A stretch of 64,000 nt of DNA from Octopus vulgaris (GCA_951406725.2 OX597814.1:153574001-153638000); one strand, 5' to 3'. Shown: positions 1-13,942, counted from the stretch's first letter. Made by a program: numbers and translations. The notes: generated from the sequence alone by a model not told the origin.

Positions 1-9
1 AAGAAGCCC

Positions 10-133
<124 letters not shown>

Positions 134-139
134 TTTATC

Positions 140-370
140 TATGCATGAGTGTCTTTGTGTCTGTTTGTCCACCACCCCCACTGCTGCTTGATAACTGGTG
201 TTGGTGCATTTATGTCCCTTTAATTTTGAAGTTCAGCAAAAGTGACTGATAGAATAAGTACCAGGTTTTTAAAAAAATAAGTACTGGGGCCAACTCATTT
301 AGCTAAAAATTCTTCAAGGCTGTGCTCCAGCATGGCCACATTCTAATGACTGAAAGAAGTAAAAGATAAA
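140..370 (+). mobile_element. 3' half of SINE family A (tRNA/CORE-like head, central microsatellite, tail ...gctccagcatggccac...gactgaaa...gtaaaaga)
   Basis: The same body and tail recur many times in the window (e.g. 8675-9075, 27985-28400 minus, 43260-43655, 59890-60467, 61475-61957). Confidence 0.75.
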
Positions 371-375
371 AGAGA

Positions 376-880
376 GAGTTCAAATCCCGCTGAGGTTGAC
401 TTTGCCTTTCATCCTTTCGAAGTCGATAAATTAAGTACCAGTTGTATACTTGGGTCGATCTTATTGCCTGCCCACCTCCCCCAAATTTCAGGCCTTGTGC
501 CTAGAGTAGAAAAGAAAAGATAAAAACGGTATAAATAACTGAGACATTATTTCTACCTGTAATCATATCTACTGCAAACTAAATGAAGAATTTGTAACAT
601 GCTTCAAAAAGAGCAAATATATATTCAGTGGTTAGGTTGCATATCAGACAAATGTTTTTTTTATATAAAAACACAAAAAGGTGGTGAGCTCGTAGAATTG
701 TTAGCATACCAGGTAAGATACTTAATGGTGTTTTGTCTGTCTTCATGTCATGAGTTCAAATACCACTGAGGTTGATTTTGCCTTTCATCTTTTCAGAGTT
801 GATAAAAGTTGAGCACTGAAGTAGATGTAGTTGCATTAACTTCACCCCAAAATTGCTGGCTTTGTGCCAAAACTTTGAAA
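376..880 (+). mobile_element. Two copies of SINE family B (gagttcaaat B-box followed by gttgactttgcctttcatcctttc...gataaa..aagtacc domain)
   Basis: Copies at ~376-520 and ~680-880. The central domain resembles, from memory, the Meta-domain SINE motif. Further copies at ~9235-9435, 13410-13820, 39938-40135, 47655-47875, 50220-50850 (minus) and 63500-64000. Confidence 0.75.
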
Positions 881-1220
881 CACAAGAAAACATACACACA
901 CACACGCGCGCGCACACACGCATGCACGCACAAAACACACATGATTGCAAAAACATGCATCTCTATGTATATCCATCAGTTTATCTATCCATTGCAGTAT
1001 GTGTGTGTGTGTGGAGCAGCTCTATTTCTCTTATTCCTCACAGGTACAGATACAGCAAAACAGTGATCAACCAAGCAACCTTATTACAGATGGCAGACCA
1101 CTTTTTTTCTGTAGGTTCCAAAACATGAGGACAATGACTTTAAATGTAGGCATAAAGAAAGGTAGATCAAGTGAGATTACACAGATACTGGAGTGAAAGG
1201 TGACTGGATGTGTGCTGCAT

Positions 1221-1634
1221 GTGGCGAGCTGGCAGAAACGTTAGCACGTTGGGCGAAATGCTAAGCAGTATTTCATCTGCCGTTATGTTCTGAGTTTAAA
1301 TTCTGCCGAGGTCAACTTTGCCTTTCATCCTTTCGGGGTCAATTAAATAAGTACCAGTTACGCACTGGGGTCGATATAATTGACTTAATCCGTTTGTCTG
1401 TCCTTGTTTGTCTCCTCTGTGTTTAGCCCCTTGTGGGTAGTAAAGGAATTGGTATTTCGTCTGCTGTTACATTCTGAGTTCAAATTCTGCCAAGGATGAC
1501 TTTGCCTTTCATCCTTTCGGGGTCGATAAATTAAGTACTAGTTATGCACTGGGGTCGATGTAATCACCTTAATCCCTTTGTCTGTCCTTGTTTGTCCCCT
1601 CTATGTTTAGCCCCTTGTGGGCAATAAAGAAATA
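1221..1634 (+). mobile_element. Internally duplicated (dimeric) family-B SINE with target-site duplication
   Basis: Two tandem units (~1221-1450, ~1451-1634). Flanking direct repeat ggatgtgtgctg(c/t)atg at 1206-1221 and 1635-1650. Confidence 0.85.
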
Positions 1635-1764
1635 GGATGTGTGCTGTATGCAAGAGGTAGATGGTGGGGATCTTCAATTAAACCCCTCACAGGTAGAAGA
1701 TGTTTCAAACTCTTCTGGGTGAACAATAGTGATGGGAAGGATACTGGTGGCCCAGACATTTTAA

Positions 1765-2464
1765 GCATCTCTGGCTGTTTCTACTCCATATCCTATCTTT
1801 TGGATTCTGGCTCAAAGTGATGGGCCCAATTCTCACATCCAGTAACTATTCTCTCTAAAAAAGCTTTGCCTACATTGTAATGGTTGAGTAAGTGTTGATG
1901 GATCTTGACATGATTGCACTTATGTGCTTCGCTAAGCTCTCTTGGCACCCATCTCGCACAGACTTTATGGAAGAAGCTTGTCATGGATGATTTCATATGC
2001 AGAACCATGACTAATTTGCAGAGAGTATGCCACTTCATCGATGGTTATTCATCGGTTCACCAGAATCATCTCTCAAGCTTGTTGAATCTTCATGTCAGTG
2101 GTGGAGGTTGACGGGTGTCTTGCTCTCTCTTCATGCTTAACACTTGTCCAGCCATTTTAAAGTTCAATCCACTCATACGTACTTCTACATGGTAGAGCAC
2201 TATTTCCATATTGTACTGAAAACCTGCGATGAATTTCAGCCTGACACACCTTCAGACCAGAGAAATTGGATCACTGGTTTCTGTTCTTTGGTGTACACTA
2301 CCAGTAGAGTGGCCATGTTTATTCTGTAACACAAATATGAAAGCTGATGCAACCAAGATCAAGCCTCAGTTATGCAACCTTTTAGCACACAAGCACTGAA
2401 GGCAGTGCAATGAACCTAAAGCAAGTTTTGGCAAAAGTGCAAATAAATTTTGATTTCCTCTTGT
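1765..2464 (-). mobile_element. Decayed mariner (Tc1/mariner) transposon, 5' half
   Basis: Minus strand from ATG at 2316 gives MATLLVVYTKEQKPVIQFLWSEG.., then KVCARWVPREL and FLERIVTG.E.W.HHFEPESKR (mariner WVPxEL motif and first catalytic-D region). Frameshifts present. TIR-like end at ~2433-2464. Confidence 0.88.
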
Positions 2465-3269
2465 GTTATATATTTAGACATGGTTTATATTTAATTATAA
2501 ATATACTTTCTTTATTCATTATCTGTATTTAATCAATTGTATTGTCAACAGATTTGTACACTGGGGAAACTTGGTATTTCCAAAATTTATTTGTTGCACA
2601 TAAAATTCATTTTTAGTGGAGTTGTGATTTAATGTTGAAGATGTTATGACAAGTTGAAAAAAGAAATGTCTACAACAAAATTTTAATAACACTGAATAGT
2701 AATGTACATAGTTTATATTAGTGATATGTATTTTTATAAATAGACATGTGTGAAATAAAGGATAGTTGGATAAGAGAGAGAATTGAAAGATGTCTTATAA
2801 AAGTGGGCCAAATATTATGCAACTGCTGGGCGCAAATAAGAACATCTTGAAAGAGAACCGAAATCCTGGGTTCACAGAAGCTTACTTAAAGCTGTGAGAA
2901 AATTTTTTCACATTTAGGTGTGAAAAGTAAATGTTTCTTTTTTGCCTGTCAACATCTATGAAAACTGACACCAAATTACATTTGGTTACAAAACATGTCA
3001 GTTGGTGTTTTGATAATGTTTAGGGCTACATTGCAGCAAGCTCTGCTCAACATTACCAAATATGGCAATGTTAATCGAAAGTGAATTTAATTTCAAACCT
3101 AAATGTTTTAAGTCCAAATCTTAGGTAGCTATCTGCTACATGTTGATAGGTACTTGTCTTGTACTGAGACCTTTTATTTGTTGATAAGCAGTAATTCTTT
3201 TCCTTTATTGTGTTTAACTTTCATTTAGACCCTTTCTCATTTCTGTCTATACCACAATTAATAATCGTT

Positions 3270-4089
3270 AACATTAAAAAGCACCATTGACAAAGTATTT
3301 GGCTAAGAATAAACCATTGTGCTTGGTGTTTGTTGACTTGGAGAAAGCTGTTGACAGAGCACCCTGTGTGTGATATGATGGGCTCTAAGGAAACTAAGGG
3401 TAGCTGAGTGCCTTGTGAAAGCTGTCCAGGCCATGTACAGAGTTGAGAGTTAACCACGAGAATAATGATGAATTTAATGTGCAGGTTCATTAGGATTTGG
3501 TTCTCAGGCTTCTATTCATCATCAGCCTCCAAACCATAACAGAGGAATTTAAGACTGACTGCCCATGGGAACTTCTATATACTGATGATCTTGTTCTCAT
3601 AGCAGATTCTGTAACAGAACTACAAAACAAATTTCAGGTGTGGAAGCAAAACCTAGGGTCAAAGGGCCTTAAGATTAACTTAGCAAAGACTAATATTTTA
3701 GTAAGCAAAAAATTGGACAGGACCCTGCTTCCATTAGGTAAATGGCCCCACTCAATACATAAGAAAGGTGTAAGTGAGAATTCCATATGGTGTACCCAGT
3801 GGAAGCTATGGAAACACGAAAAATACAGTGGCATGATAGGAAGGTTATCAGAGAAAGTAGTGTTTGTATGTGGAAGATGAACAGGAACCATAAAAACTAC
3901 AGATAGGTAGGAAATTGATTTTCTCAAATACCCTGGCAGCTCTTTAGAGGTAGTGGATAATTTCTGTTACCTAGGGGATCTAATTAGCAGTGGAGGAGAA
4001 TGTACAGAAAGCGTAATTGCTAGAATAAGACCGAAATGGAGACAATTCAGAGAGCTTTTACTTCTGATGGCAACTAAAGGTCTCTCTTG

Positions 4090-4142
<53 letters not shown>

Positions 4143-5008
4143 AGTGAAAGGAAGATTGTATGATGCATGTGTACAAACAGTAATACTACATGGTAGTGAG
4201 ACATGGGCTCTGAATGCAGATGACAAGCAAAAACTAGAGAGGAATGAAGCTGGTATGCTCTGGTGGATGTGCAATGTCAGTGCACATGTGTGACAGAGTG
4301 CTAGCATATTGAGAGCAAAGTTAGACAGAAGAGGAATTAGATTCAATGTGTAAGAGAGCAGACTGTGCTGCTTTGGTCATGTGATGCATATGGATGTAGA
4401 CAGTTGTGTACAGAAGTGCTGATCACTTAAAGTGGATGGAACTCATAGAAGAGGGAGACCCATGAAGATATCATCATCATCATCATCATCATCGTTTAAC
4501 GTCTGCTTTCCATGCTAGCATGGGTTGGATGATTTGACTGAGGTCTGGTGAACCAGATGGCTGCACTAGGCTCCAATCTAATCTGGCAGAGTTTCTACAG
4601 CTGGATGCCCTTCCTAATACCAACAACTCCAAGAGTGTAGTGGGTGCTTTTATGTGCCACCGGCATGAGGGCGAAGACATAGGATAAATTACTGAAGACA
4701 CTGAGCCTTATGAAGGAGATGACAAAGGACCAAAATATCTGACACATTGCTGTATTCAAAAAGACTCACCCACCATGGCAGAATTGATACTGGTACTGGT
4801 GCCATGTAAAAAGTACTAATGCTGATGTCATGTAAAAAGCACCCAGTATACTCCATAAATTGGTTGATATTAGGAAGGGCATCTAGCCATAGAAATCATG
4901 TCAGAACAAACAATGGAGCTTGGTGCAGCCTCCAGCCTTATCAGCCCTTGTCAAGCCATCCAACCCATGCCAGCATAGAAAACAGATGCTAAATGATGAT
5001 GATGATGG
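3270..5008 (+). mobile_element. RTE-clade LINE, decayed RT region to 3' UTR and (GAT)n tail
   Basis: FVDLEKAVDR (~3330), CPWELLYTDDL, FCYLGDLIS, LHGSETWAL and GRP.K C-terminal motif. Stops and frameshifts present. Interrupted by (CT)n at ~4081-4141 and by an opposite-strand RTE tail at ~4470-4672. Confidence 0.9.
4470..4672 (-). mobile_element. 5'-truncated RTE 3' UTR/tail insertion nested in the RTE above
   Basis: (CAT)n followed by gtttaacgtctgctttccatgctagcatgggttgga, the reverse complement of the tail seen at 31780-31835. Confidence 0.8.
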
Positions 5009-5248
5009 TTGTGATCACTCCAACTAGCAAAGGAACACTCTGCCAAAAACTATATATAAAAACCAGAAAGACAAAAGTAAACCACAGTCTCATGTCTACT
5101 AGTATACCAAAACTTTGAAGTCACTGTCAACCTATTCTTTGTAAAAATCAATATACATCCTATTAAAAAGTATTGAATAATCCTTCAATTTGATGTTAAA
5201 TTGTTTTTATATATAACTTCACAACCCCCCCCCCCCCCAAATATTAAT

Positions 5249-5295
<47 letters not shown>

Positions 5296-5344
5296 CCTAT
5301 ATGCATGTATGTATGTATGTATGTATGTATGTATGTATATATGT

Positions 5345-5867
5345 ATATGATGGCTGTCCACTCGTGACCGAGGAAGACCATTGCCGACCTTCAGGAACAT
5401 TGTGCGCTCTAGGACTAACTTATATTTTGCATTTGTGGCTCCGTTGGTGGCTAATGAGCCCTGCTCTTGACAAGCACACACGACTGCAAACATTGCAGAC
5501 CAAGCTTTCCCCATTCACTATACGAGCCGTGCGCTTTTGCACAGCTCGCCTAAGTTCTTCATGCTAGATACATGCTCTCTCAAAAGAGTCGATCCCCTCC
5601 TTAACCTGCTTCCTCCATCTGTGGCGATGACAGGCATTGTTCTCCCAGTCAGTGTGCTGCCCAGGTAGACAAACTTGTCTACTACCTTCAGAATTGTTCC
5701 TTCAACCAAGATAGCTGTTCTATATATGGATTTCCTGGTGCAGGCTGGAACATTACAACAGTCTTGTCCAGGCTAATGCTGAGTCCAAATGCCCTGCAAG
5801 AAGCAGAAATGCAATTCATTAGCCTGGACAAGACTGTTGTAATGTTCCAGCCTGCACCAGGAAATCC
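5345..5867 (-). mobile_element. Internally deleted RTE-like LINE fragment with fold-back 5' end
   Basis: Minus strand reads AFGLSISLDKTVVMFQPAPGNPY..VEGTILKVVDKFVYLGSTL (post-YADD RT region). Perfect 51-bp inverted repeat at 5728-5778/5817-5867. Confidence 0.8.
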
Positions 5868-7659
5868 TGCTCATATATGTATATATATGTATATCTACAC
5901 ACACAAACACACACGCACACACATACAAATATATATACACACACAAACACACATACATATATAAACATACACACACTTGCACATACATACACACATATAC
6001 ACACACTATCACATAAATTGTATGTATTGTGTGCATATATGAGTGTTCTGTTTACTTTCATCAAACCATTTTAGTTTGAATAATATAAAATTTATTTTCC
6101 TTGTCTATTTGTCTCTTTTACAAGTTATAATATTCCAAATAAAATTTATGAGACAAGAATATCATATCAATCAAATTTACGTTAGTAAATGAGTCAAATG
6201 ACTTCATTATACTTTTAGAATCATGGTTTCTGTCTAGTGTTTGTCATGTTCAGCTTAAATAGCTTTCTCCTTAGTGTTTCAGTCGTGAATTCTGGATAAT
6301 GACTCAAAATCAATATTACGCAAATAATAGACATTGAATAATGTTTGTAAAGTAATTTTAAATTCAAGGAATGCTTTTTTAAAAAATTTCATCTCACATA
6401 TTAAAAAAATATATAGTAAACTACTTTTACTTAAACATGTGTGTTTGAGATCATTACTACAAAGGTTCTGAAAATGTTGTTGCTTTTTTAGACTCATATT
6501 TTTTTTCCTACTCCATTGTCACTCTATGCTATGCTGTCTCTTGGAGGCATGAATGGTTATCCATTCAAGACCTCTTGAATGGATATTTTATTTCTTTTAA
6601 CATATGGAAATTGTTGTAATGTATAGAAATTGTTGTTTATCATGCTATTCTTATTAGGGAAGATAAATTTAGATCCAACAGCACAACATAGTTTCCGAAA
6701 AGGTTATAGATTCCTTTCATGCAACTGTAATGTATATGGTTCATCCATAATGATTTTGGTCATACCTGAACATTTTAGCAAATGCTATAGATTAGAAGGT
6801 AAGTTCTCTCCAAGATTTGGTTTTTGCAGTTGTTAAGCCTCAGATCAATACCCTCTGAGCAGCCTTATAATCAAAAAGTGTTACAGCTGTAACCATTACA
6901 GTGTTTTCTTCTTTTGGAGGTAGAATAATCAGGTTACATCATCCAATATATCCTGTACTTTGAAGACGATAAGGTGTGAGTTGAGAGGGAAAGATTTGCT
7001 GCTATTTCTAGTATGTAGTATAAACCACATGGAGGTTTCCCTTATTGGTTTCTCCAAGTTCTGATTTTGTTTCTTCATCTTTTTCTTATGCCTTTGATAA
7101 AGGAGTAAACATTATATAATCTTCTTCCTCCACATCCTTTACAATATTTGTTTCCCTGGAAGATATCTAAATTTAAAGTCCAATACATAATTTAAACAAC
7201 TTGAACTAGATTAGTGCATGGTAAGTTTAGTGTTGTTCTGTCAAGTGAGTTGGCTTATTTTATCTGATTAGATCTATATGATCTCAATCAAATTGTATTA
7301 CATAATTTGGCCAATGACACATCACGCAACTCAAGACAACTGACTGAAATTTAATTTGCCCAGTCATTTCTGGCTTTCTGTTTTATAAATATTATTATTA
7401 TAGAATAGCTTCCAGAGCTACATTAATCTGACTTTCTCTTTATATGTTATAAGTCTAAGTTTATTGCGCAAGTTGTTCTGTCATATAAAATAAAATCTTT
7501 AGAATATTCTAAAGCTTCTTTGTATGTTTTATACATTTGAGAGACAAAACCTGTTAATAATGTTGACTCGTTCAAAATTTAAAAAAAGCAAAAAAAGCCT
7601 TTTGTTGTGCTGGAAAGCATATCATCAGCATAATATTGATTGTGTCCATTTTCAACTTG

Positions 7660-8100
7660 CTTGGTTATCTTTGGTGAGACAGCTTCACTTGGTAACGGAT
7701 TCCAATCAGTGATAATCCTGTGTGTAAAGAAAGAATCCTGTTGCATTACTTGTGTGAATGGCTTCTTGTTGATGGCTGATAGAATTCTAAGATTTCCTGA
7801 TTTTCACATTGATTTTGTTCTCCCATCTGTAAAGCATTGGAGGCAAATTAAATATGACCTCACATAACAGTCTCTTTTATGTTTTAATTGATTTGATGAT
7901 TTATTTATTTATCTTTTTTTTCTGTAGATTTTCCATCAGAATTCTTGATGAAATATGGTCTCAAAATAATATTATTATATTCAAGGTGTGGTCTCACCAC
8001 AGTTTTAAATAGAATTAGAAGGGCACTTTTTTGTCAGTCCTTGTAAATATTCTTTTTATCATTTTAATTAAAAATAACTCTATCAGCTTTCTTAATAAAC
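7660..8100 (-). mobile_element. Old CR1-group LINE 3' fragment
   Basis: Minus strand reads LILFKTVVRPHLEY (~7980-8020) and FFTHRIITDWNPLPSEAV (~7680-7735), typical CR1 ORF2 C-terminal motifs. Confidence 0.7.
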
Positions 8101-8269
8101 TTTAGCTGTGCAGTGTTTGTCGAAATTCAAATCCTTATCAAAACCATATCAATTTGATTAATATGATATTCTTTTCTGATAAATTTTATCTTTGACATAA
8201 CTTGTAAAAGAGACAATTGTACAAAGAAAATATAATTTATGACAATTGTGTAAAGAAGTGTTGATCTCT

Positions 8270-8668
8270 AATTGTGGAGGGAATCTGTTGAAGAGGTAGA
8301 CCCAGGAAGACATGGGATGAGGTGGTGAAATATGATCCTTGGCTTTTCAGTCTCATGAAGGTGATGACAAGAGACTGAAATTTCTGGCAATTTGCTGTGC
8401 TTGAGAAGACATGTTAAGCTATGTAAAATCATGGTCACGGCTTGTGCTGGTGATGCATGAAAGGCATCCATGCCGGTGATGTGTCAAAGACACCCATTAC
8501 ACTCTGTAAAGTGATTGATGTTAGGAAGGGCATTCAGCCACAGAAACCAGGCCAAAATAGACAACTGGAGCCTAGTGCAGTTCTATGGTTTATCAGCTCT
8601 GGTCAAACCATCTAACTCATGTCAGCATTGAAAATGGATGCTAAATGATGAAGAAGATGATGATGATG
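8270..8668 (+). mobile_element. RTE 3' end (ORF C-terminus, 3' UTR, GAT tail)
   Basis: Reads RGRPRKTWDEVVKYD...FWQFAVLEKT, then the UTR shared with the other RTE tails. Confidence 0.8.
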
Positions 8669-10013
8669 TATAAGCATGGTTGTATGGATAAGAAGTTCAC
8701 TTTGCAACCATGTTGTTTCAAGTTCAGTCCCACTGTACAACATCTCAGGCATCATCTCTTATAGCTCTGGGCTGATTAATGCCTTGTGAACAAATTTAGT
8801 AGATGGAAACTGTGGAAGCCCATCATATATATATATTTATATACACACATATATATATATGCATACTTGTAAGTGTGTGTGTGTCTTTATGTTTGTGTTT
8901 GTACCCTCATCATTGCTTGACAACTGGTGTTAGTTTGTTTATGCCCCATAACTTAGTGGTTCAGCAAGAGAGATGGATAGAATAAATACCAGACTTAAAT
9001 AAATAAATACTGGGGTCAAACTGTTTGGCTAAACCTGCCAAGACAGTGCCCCAGCATGGTCACAGTCCATCGGTCAGTAGAAAAGTTATGGGAAAAGAAA
9101 AATTGAAGTGTTTTTTTCTAAAGATAATCAATTCTTCCTTCCATGTTACAAAATTTTTCTTCCCTCATTAGTTATGGTGACTGCTTCTTTTGCTAGAAAC
9201 AGCACTTAAATCTTTTTTTGATTTACTCTCAATGAAGGCAACAGCTGGCAGAATGGTTAGCATGCCAGACAAAATACTTAGTGGCATTTTGTCCATCTTT
9301 TTCCTCTGCAGGGGTTGACTTTGCCTCTCATCCTTTCATGGTTGATAAAATAAAGTACCTGTTAAATACAGGGGTCGATGTAATCGACTTATCCCTCCCC
9401 CCAAATTGCTGGCCTTGTGCCAAAATTTGAAACCAATTTATACTCTATGAAAAAGGAAGGAGATAAACTAATATTTTATCTTTTAAGTAATTCAATTTGA
9501 AGGGTTCAGGTGAACAAATTGACCCAAAGACTTACCTTTAAGTCTGGCCCTTATTCTGGTGGATTCTTTTGAAAACTGCTAGGTTATGGGGATGCAAACA
9601 AACCAACCAACGTCAGTGAGGACAAACAGTAACACATACATATATATATACATGACAAATGCATTAGTTGGTAACCTGGGGTTTCTCCAAGTAAAACTGA
9701 ACCTGAAATCATATAAGTGCTAAGCAAATGTCTTAACAACACAGCCATGCCTGCACCTAGCCAACTAGATGATTATAGACTGCCACCAGACCTAACCTGG
9801 GGTTAAACAAAAGCTTAATACTTGATATTTCTCTCAATTCAAGCAGTTGTAAAGCTGTATCTTTTATCTTTTACTTGAAGAATTTTTTGTTAAATGAATT
9901 GCCTTCATTACTTAATTTCTGTTAAGCCTGGTAATTATTCTATCAGTCTCTTTGCTGAACTGCTAAGTTACAGAAATGCAAAAACACCAACACTAATTGT
10001 CAATTGGTGGTAG

Positions 10014-10117
<104 letters not shown>

Positions 10118-10169
10118 TATATATATTATTTTTTATTTTTATTTTTTTAAAATTTTTATTTAAAAAATT

Positions 10170-11210
10170 TTTTTATCTAGTTTCAGCTCACAAGCTGTGG
10201 CCATGCTGGGGCACCACCATTTGGTGTTGCTACATGATTTTACTTCACGAATGCTTTTTAGCAATTGCCATTTGGTGCATGAGAGAGTTCGATGCAGCTG
10301 CCCTCATCTGCACCTCCTGCCGTGAAGTTGATTCATCTGGGACACCTGACAAGAAGAGATCCAGTTTTATTTTAAAGACATCTGCATCCACCCCATGCAG
10401 GTCTCTTAAGTTCTTCGGGAGGATATTGAAGAGCTGTGGGCCTCGGAAGCCCAGGCTATCACAGTATCTTGTCCTACATCTTGATGGCAAATTTGGAGTC
10501 CTTGGCACTATGCAGTGGTGCCCAGTTCTGGCATTTATGTAACTCTCGATGCCAAAGTTTGGGACAAGTCTTTCTAGGATCTTCCAGATGTATATTCTGG
10601 CATATCTTTCTCACCTACACTCAAAGGAATAGAGTTTTAATCTCTTGAGTCTTTCCCAGTAGCTTATATTCTGTATAGAGGCTATCTTCTTCGTGTAGCT
10701 ACGTTGGATCGCCTCAAGTTCTGTGATCAACTTGACACTTGATGGTGACCATAGCTGAGTGCAATAGTCAAAGTGGCTTAGGACAAGTGTCCTCCAGAGG
10801 ACCATCAGGGTTTCCTGGTCTCTTGTTCTAAAGGTTCTAAGAATCCATCCGGTCAGCCGCCTACATTTCATTGCCAATTTAGCAACATGCACATGAAAGG
10901 TTACATCATCACTCATGTAGATACCCAGGTCTCGCACTGACTGTGCCTCTGGGATTGCAATCCCTCCAGGTCCAGTGTATTTATTGGGTATTGCATTTAG
11001 TTTTGCATGCTGATAGCATAAAGCTTGAAACTTTTCAGCATTGAACTGCATGCTATTCTTTTCAGACCACTTGTATATTTTGTCCAGCTCACATTGCAGG
11101 TGCATAGTGTCTTCAGGGTTCTGTATTGCCTGTGAAACTTTTGTATCATCTGCATAACTTGTGATTATGGCTCTCTGCGTGGCTGAGGGCATGTCTGAGA
11201 GGGCCATTAT
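10170..11210 (-). mobile_element. Relatively young CR1/L2-group LINE, 5'-truncated (RT C-terminal part and 3' UTR)
   Basis: ORF 10611-11207 has SYADDTK, FNAEKFQ, RDLGIYM and LEAIQRSYT. It continues after a frameshift in ORF 10245-10508 (GPQLFNILP, FKIKLDLFL). Confidence 0.92.
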
Positions 11211-11215
11211 TAATA

Positions 11216-11249
<34 letters not shown>

Positions 11250-11344
11250 ATAATTTGTGGAAATATTATTCCAAACTTACAGGGAAAAATTCAATTTAGA
11301 TATACTAAATCAAATTTCACAAAATATAATATATATATAAGAAA

Positions 11345-11570
11345 AATCCACCTTTTATCAATTTAAAATGAAAAATTAAATTACACCATCTAGAAAATTA
11401 CATATAATAGAAATATTAAATATAAGATAAAAAATTTATCTTATTTATTATTTTGCACATTACTTAATCATCGGTATATTTTTATCTTATATTTAATATT
11501 TGTATTTTATGTAATTTTCTAGATGGTGTAATTTAACTTTTCATTTTGAATTGATAAAAGGTATTTTTTT
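11345..11570. repeat. AT-rich fold-back (inverted repeat, ~90-bp arms) inside a (TA)n tract; probable PLE remnant
   Basis: ccttttatcaatttaaaatgaaaaattaaattacaccatctagaaaattacat (left arm) is the near reverse complement of atgtaattttctagatggtgtaatttaacttttcattttgaattgataaaagg (right arm). Confidence 0.8.
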
Positions 11571-11578
11571 CTAATTTA

Positions 11579-11634
<56 letters not shown>

Positions 11635-13129
11635 CAAATATATGAAAGACTTCTTTCAGTTTCTGTCAATCAAATCCACTTACAAGGCTTTGGTTGGCCT
11701 GAGGTTATAGCAGAACACACTTGCAGTGGGACTGAACCAAGAACCATGCGTTTGGGAAGCAAGCTTCTTACCACACAACCACACCTGTACCTGTGTCATT
11801 ATATAAGTTCCATGATTTGAAGATATCTTCATTTATTTAAAAGTCACTTACAAGACCACTCCTATTACTGCATTCAAAATGAAATACATTTTCAAAGCGA
11901 ACAATTTGTTATATTATAAAATGATTATTTTAAAGCCTATGATATAAAATAACTGTATGCAATTAATCGTGTTTTCTAAATTGAGACAAGAGATTATTTA
12001 AGGAAAGTGCGTGACAGAAATATTTCAGGCGTGAAAACAAAGAGATGATTTTGTTAGTAATTATGAAATGATGGATGTAAAAATTGAGTTCCAAGATCAT
12101 TGTTATAGAATCATTTAATTGATAAGATAGCTAAAACAATATCTCTGATGTGCAAACAACTGTCATAAGCTATAAGAATAATAATTTAAATGCTGAGAAA
12201 AAGTAAATAACATATTTCTTGACTGAGTGAGCAAGAAATCATTAATGGCATAAAAGTTGTATTTTTTTTTTTTTACATTTCCAACTTTTATTATCTTAAA
12301 AGTTTTTATTTTCATATTAGATCAAAGCTTTAGAAGTGTTTCTTTTTTGTATTTTAGTTTAGTTTGTTATGTACTATTTGAACCCAATTTTGGGGAGTGA
12401 CTTCACACTCACTAATTTTCATTTGATTATTAAATTCATCACCAGACCAGTCATCATTATCACCACCACCACCACCACATCACCAAGAATTTTTATCTCT
12501 AGTGTTTACTACATTAGTTGAAAGAGAGAATATAACAGTGTAGTAAATTTCTATTTTCTAGTCTCCATTGGCTTTCAGTTTCTGTTACTTCTTCGTCTAA
12601 TTCATATAGCCTATTCTCATTACACATTCAAACCAATATAGTCAACTTCCTTCTATATGACAGTATATATACATAATACACAGACATTTTCTTGGCTCAC
12701 CTGTACTTACTCACATTCTTAGATTCTCTTTAGAAAAATCTCAGCTCATTTTACTCAGCTTTCTAGTTATCTTCTAACTTTGCTGTTCCTGTTTCTCTAT
12801 AAAAATGCATCATGGTTTTGACACATCCACAGAGAAAAAAAAAAACAAAAAAAAAAAAAAACAAAAGACAAAAACAAACAAACATTTCTTTTCAGCAAGC
12901 ACAGCACTTTGTTAAACACAGCATCATTTTTGACAGTAGCCAACAAATGCAAACATCGCAATTATTTCACAAATTCAGAGCATTGGGGCCTTCATAACCA
13001 AGTTCAGGAACATCTCTAGTAGCTGTCACACAGCTGAAATAATCCCTCAAGCAACATTCATGGGACAATGTATGTTAATGGACATCTGTTTGTGCTAATA
13101 TTTACCAATATTATTATTTTAAACCTCAC

Positions 13130-13344
<215 letters not shown>

Positions 13345-13867
13345 CTGTATGTGTTTCACTGTATATTCTTATCATTTTATGTACATTTTTATCATTACAA
13401 CTTGGACAAAGCAGCAAGCTGGCAGAACCATTAGTACATTGGACAAAATACTTACAGGGATTTCTTCTGGCTCTTTACATTCTGAGTTCAGTTCCTCTTG
13501 AAGTCAACTTTAACTTTCATCCTTTTTGGAGTTGATCAAATAAATTACCGTCAAATATTGGAATCAATGAAATCAATTTGCCATTCACCCCCAAAACTAT
13601 GAGCCTTGAGCCAAAATTTGAAACAATTGTTATCATTATATTTACTGGACAAAATACTTGTGGCATTTCATCCACGTTTACATTATGGGTTCAGATTCTG
13701 CTGAGGTTGACTTTACCCTTCATCCTTTTAAAGTCAATGAAATAAGTACCTGTTGTGCACTGAAGTCAATGGAATTGACTAGACACTTCCCCTAAAAAAT
13801 TGCAAACCTTATACCTGGAAAAAAAAGGAAGTATATTTATTGTATATGTATAACTGTATATTATCAT

Positions 13868-13942
13868 TTTTGTTGTTGTTGTTGTTATTTATTATTATTA
13901 TTATTGTTATTATTATTATTATTGTTGTTATTGTTATTGTTA

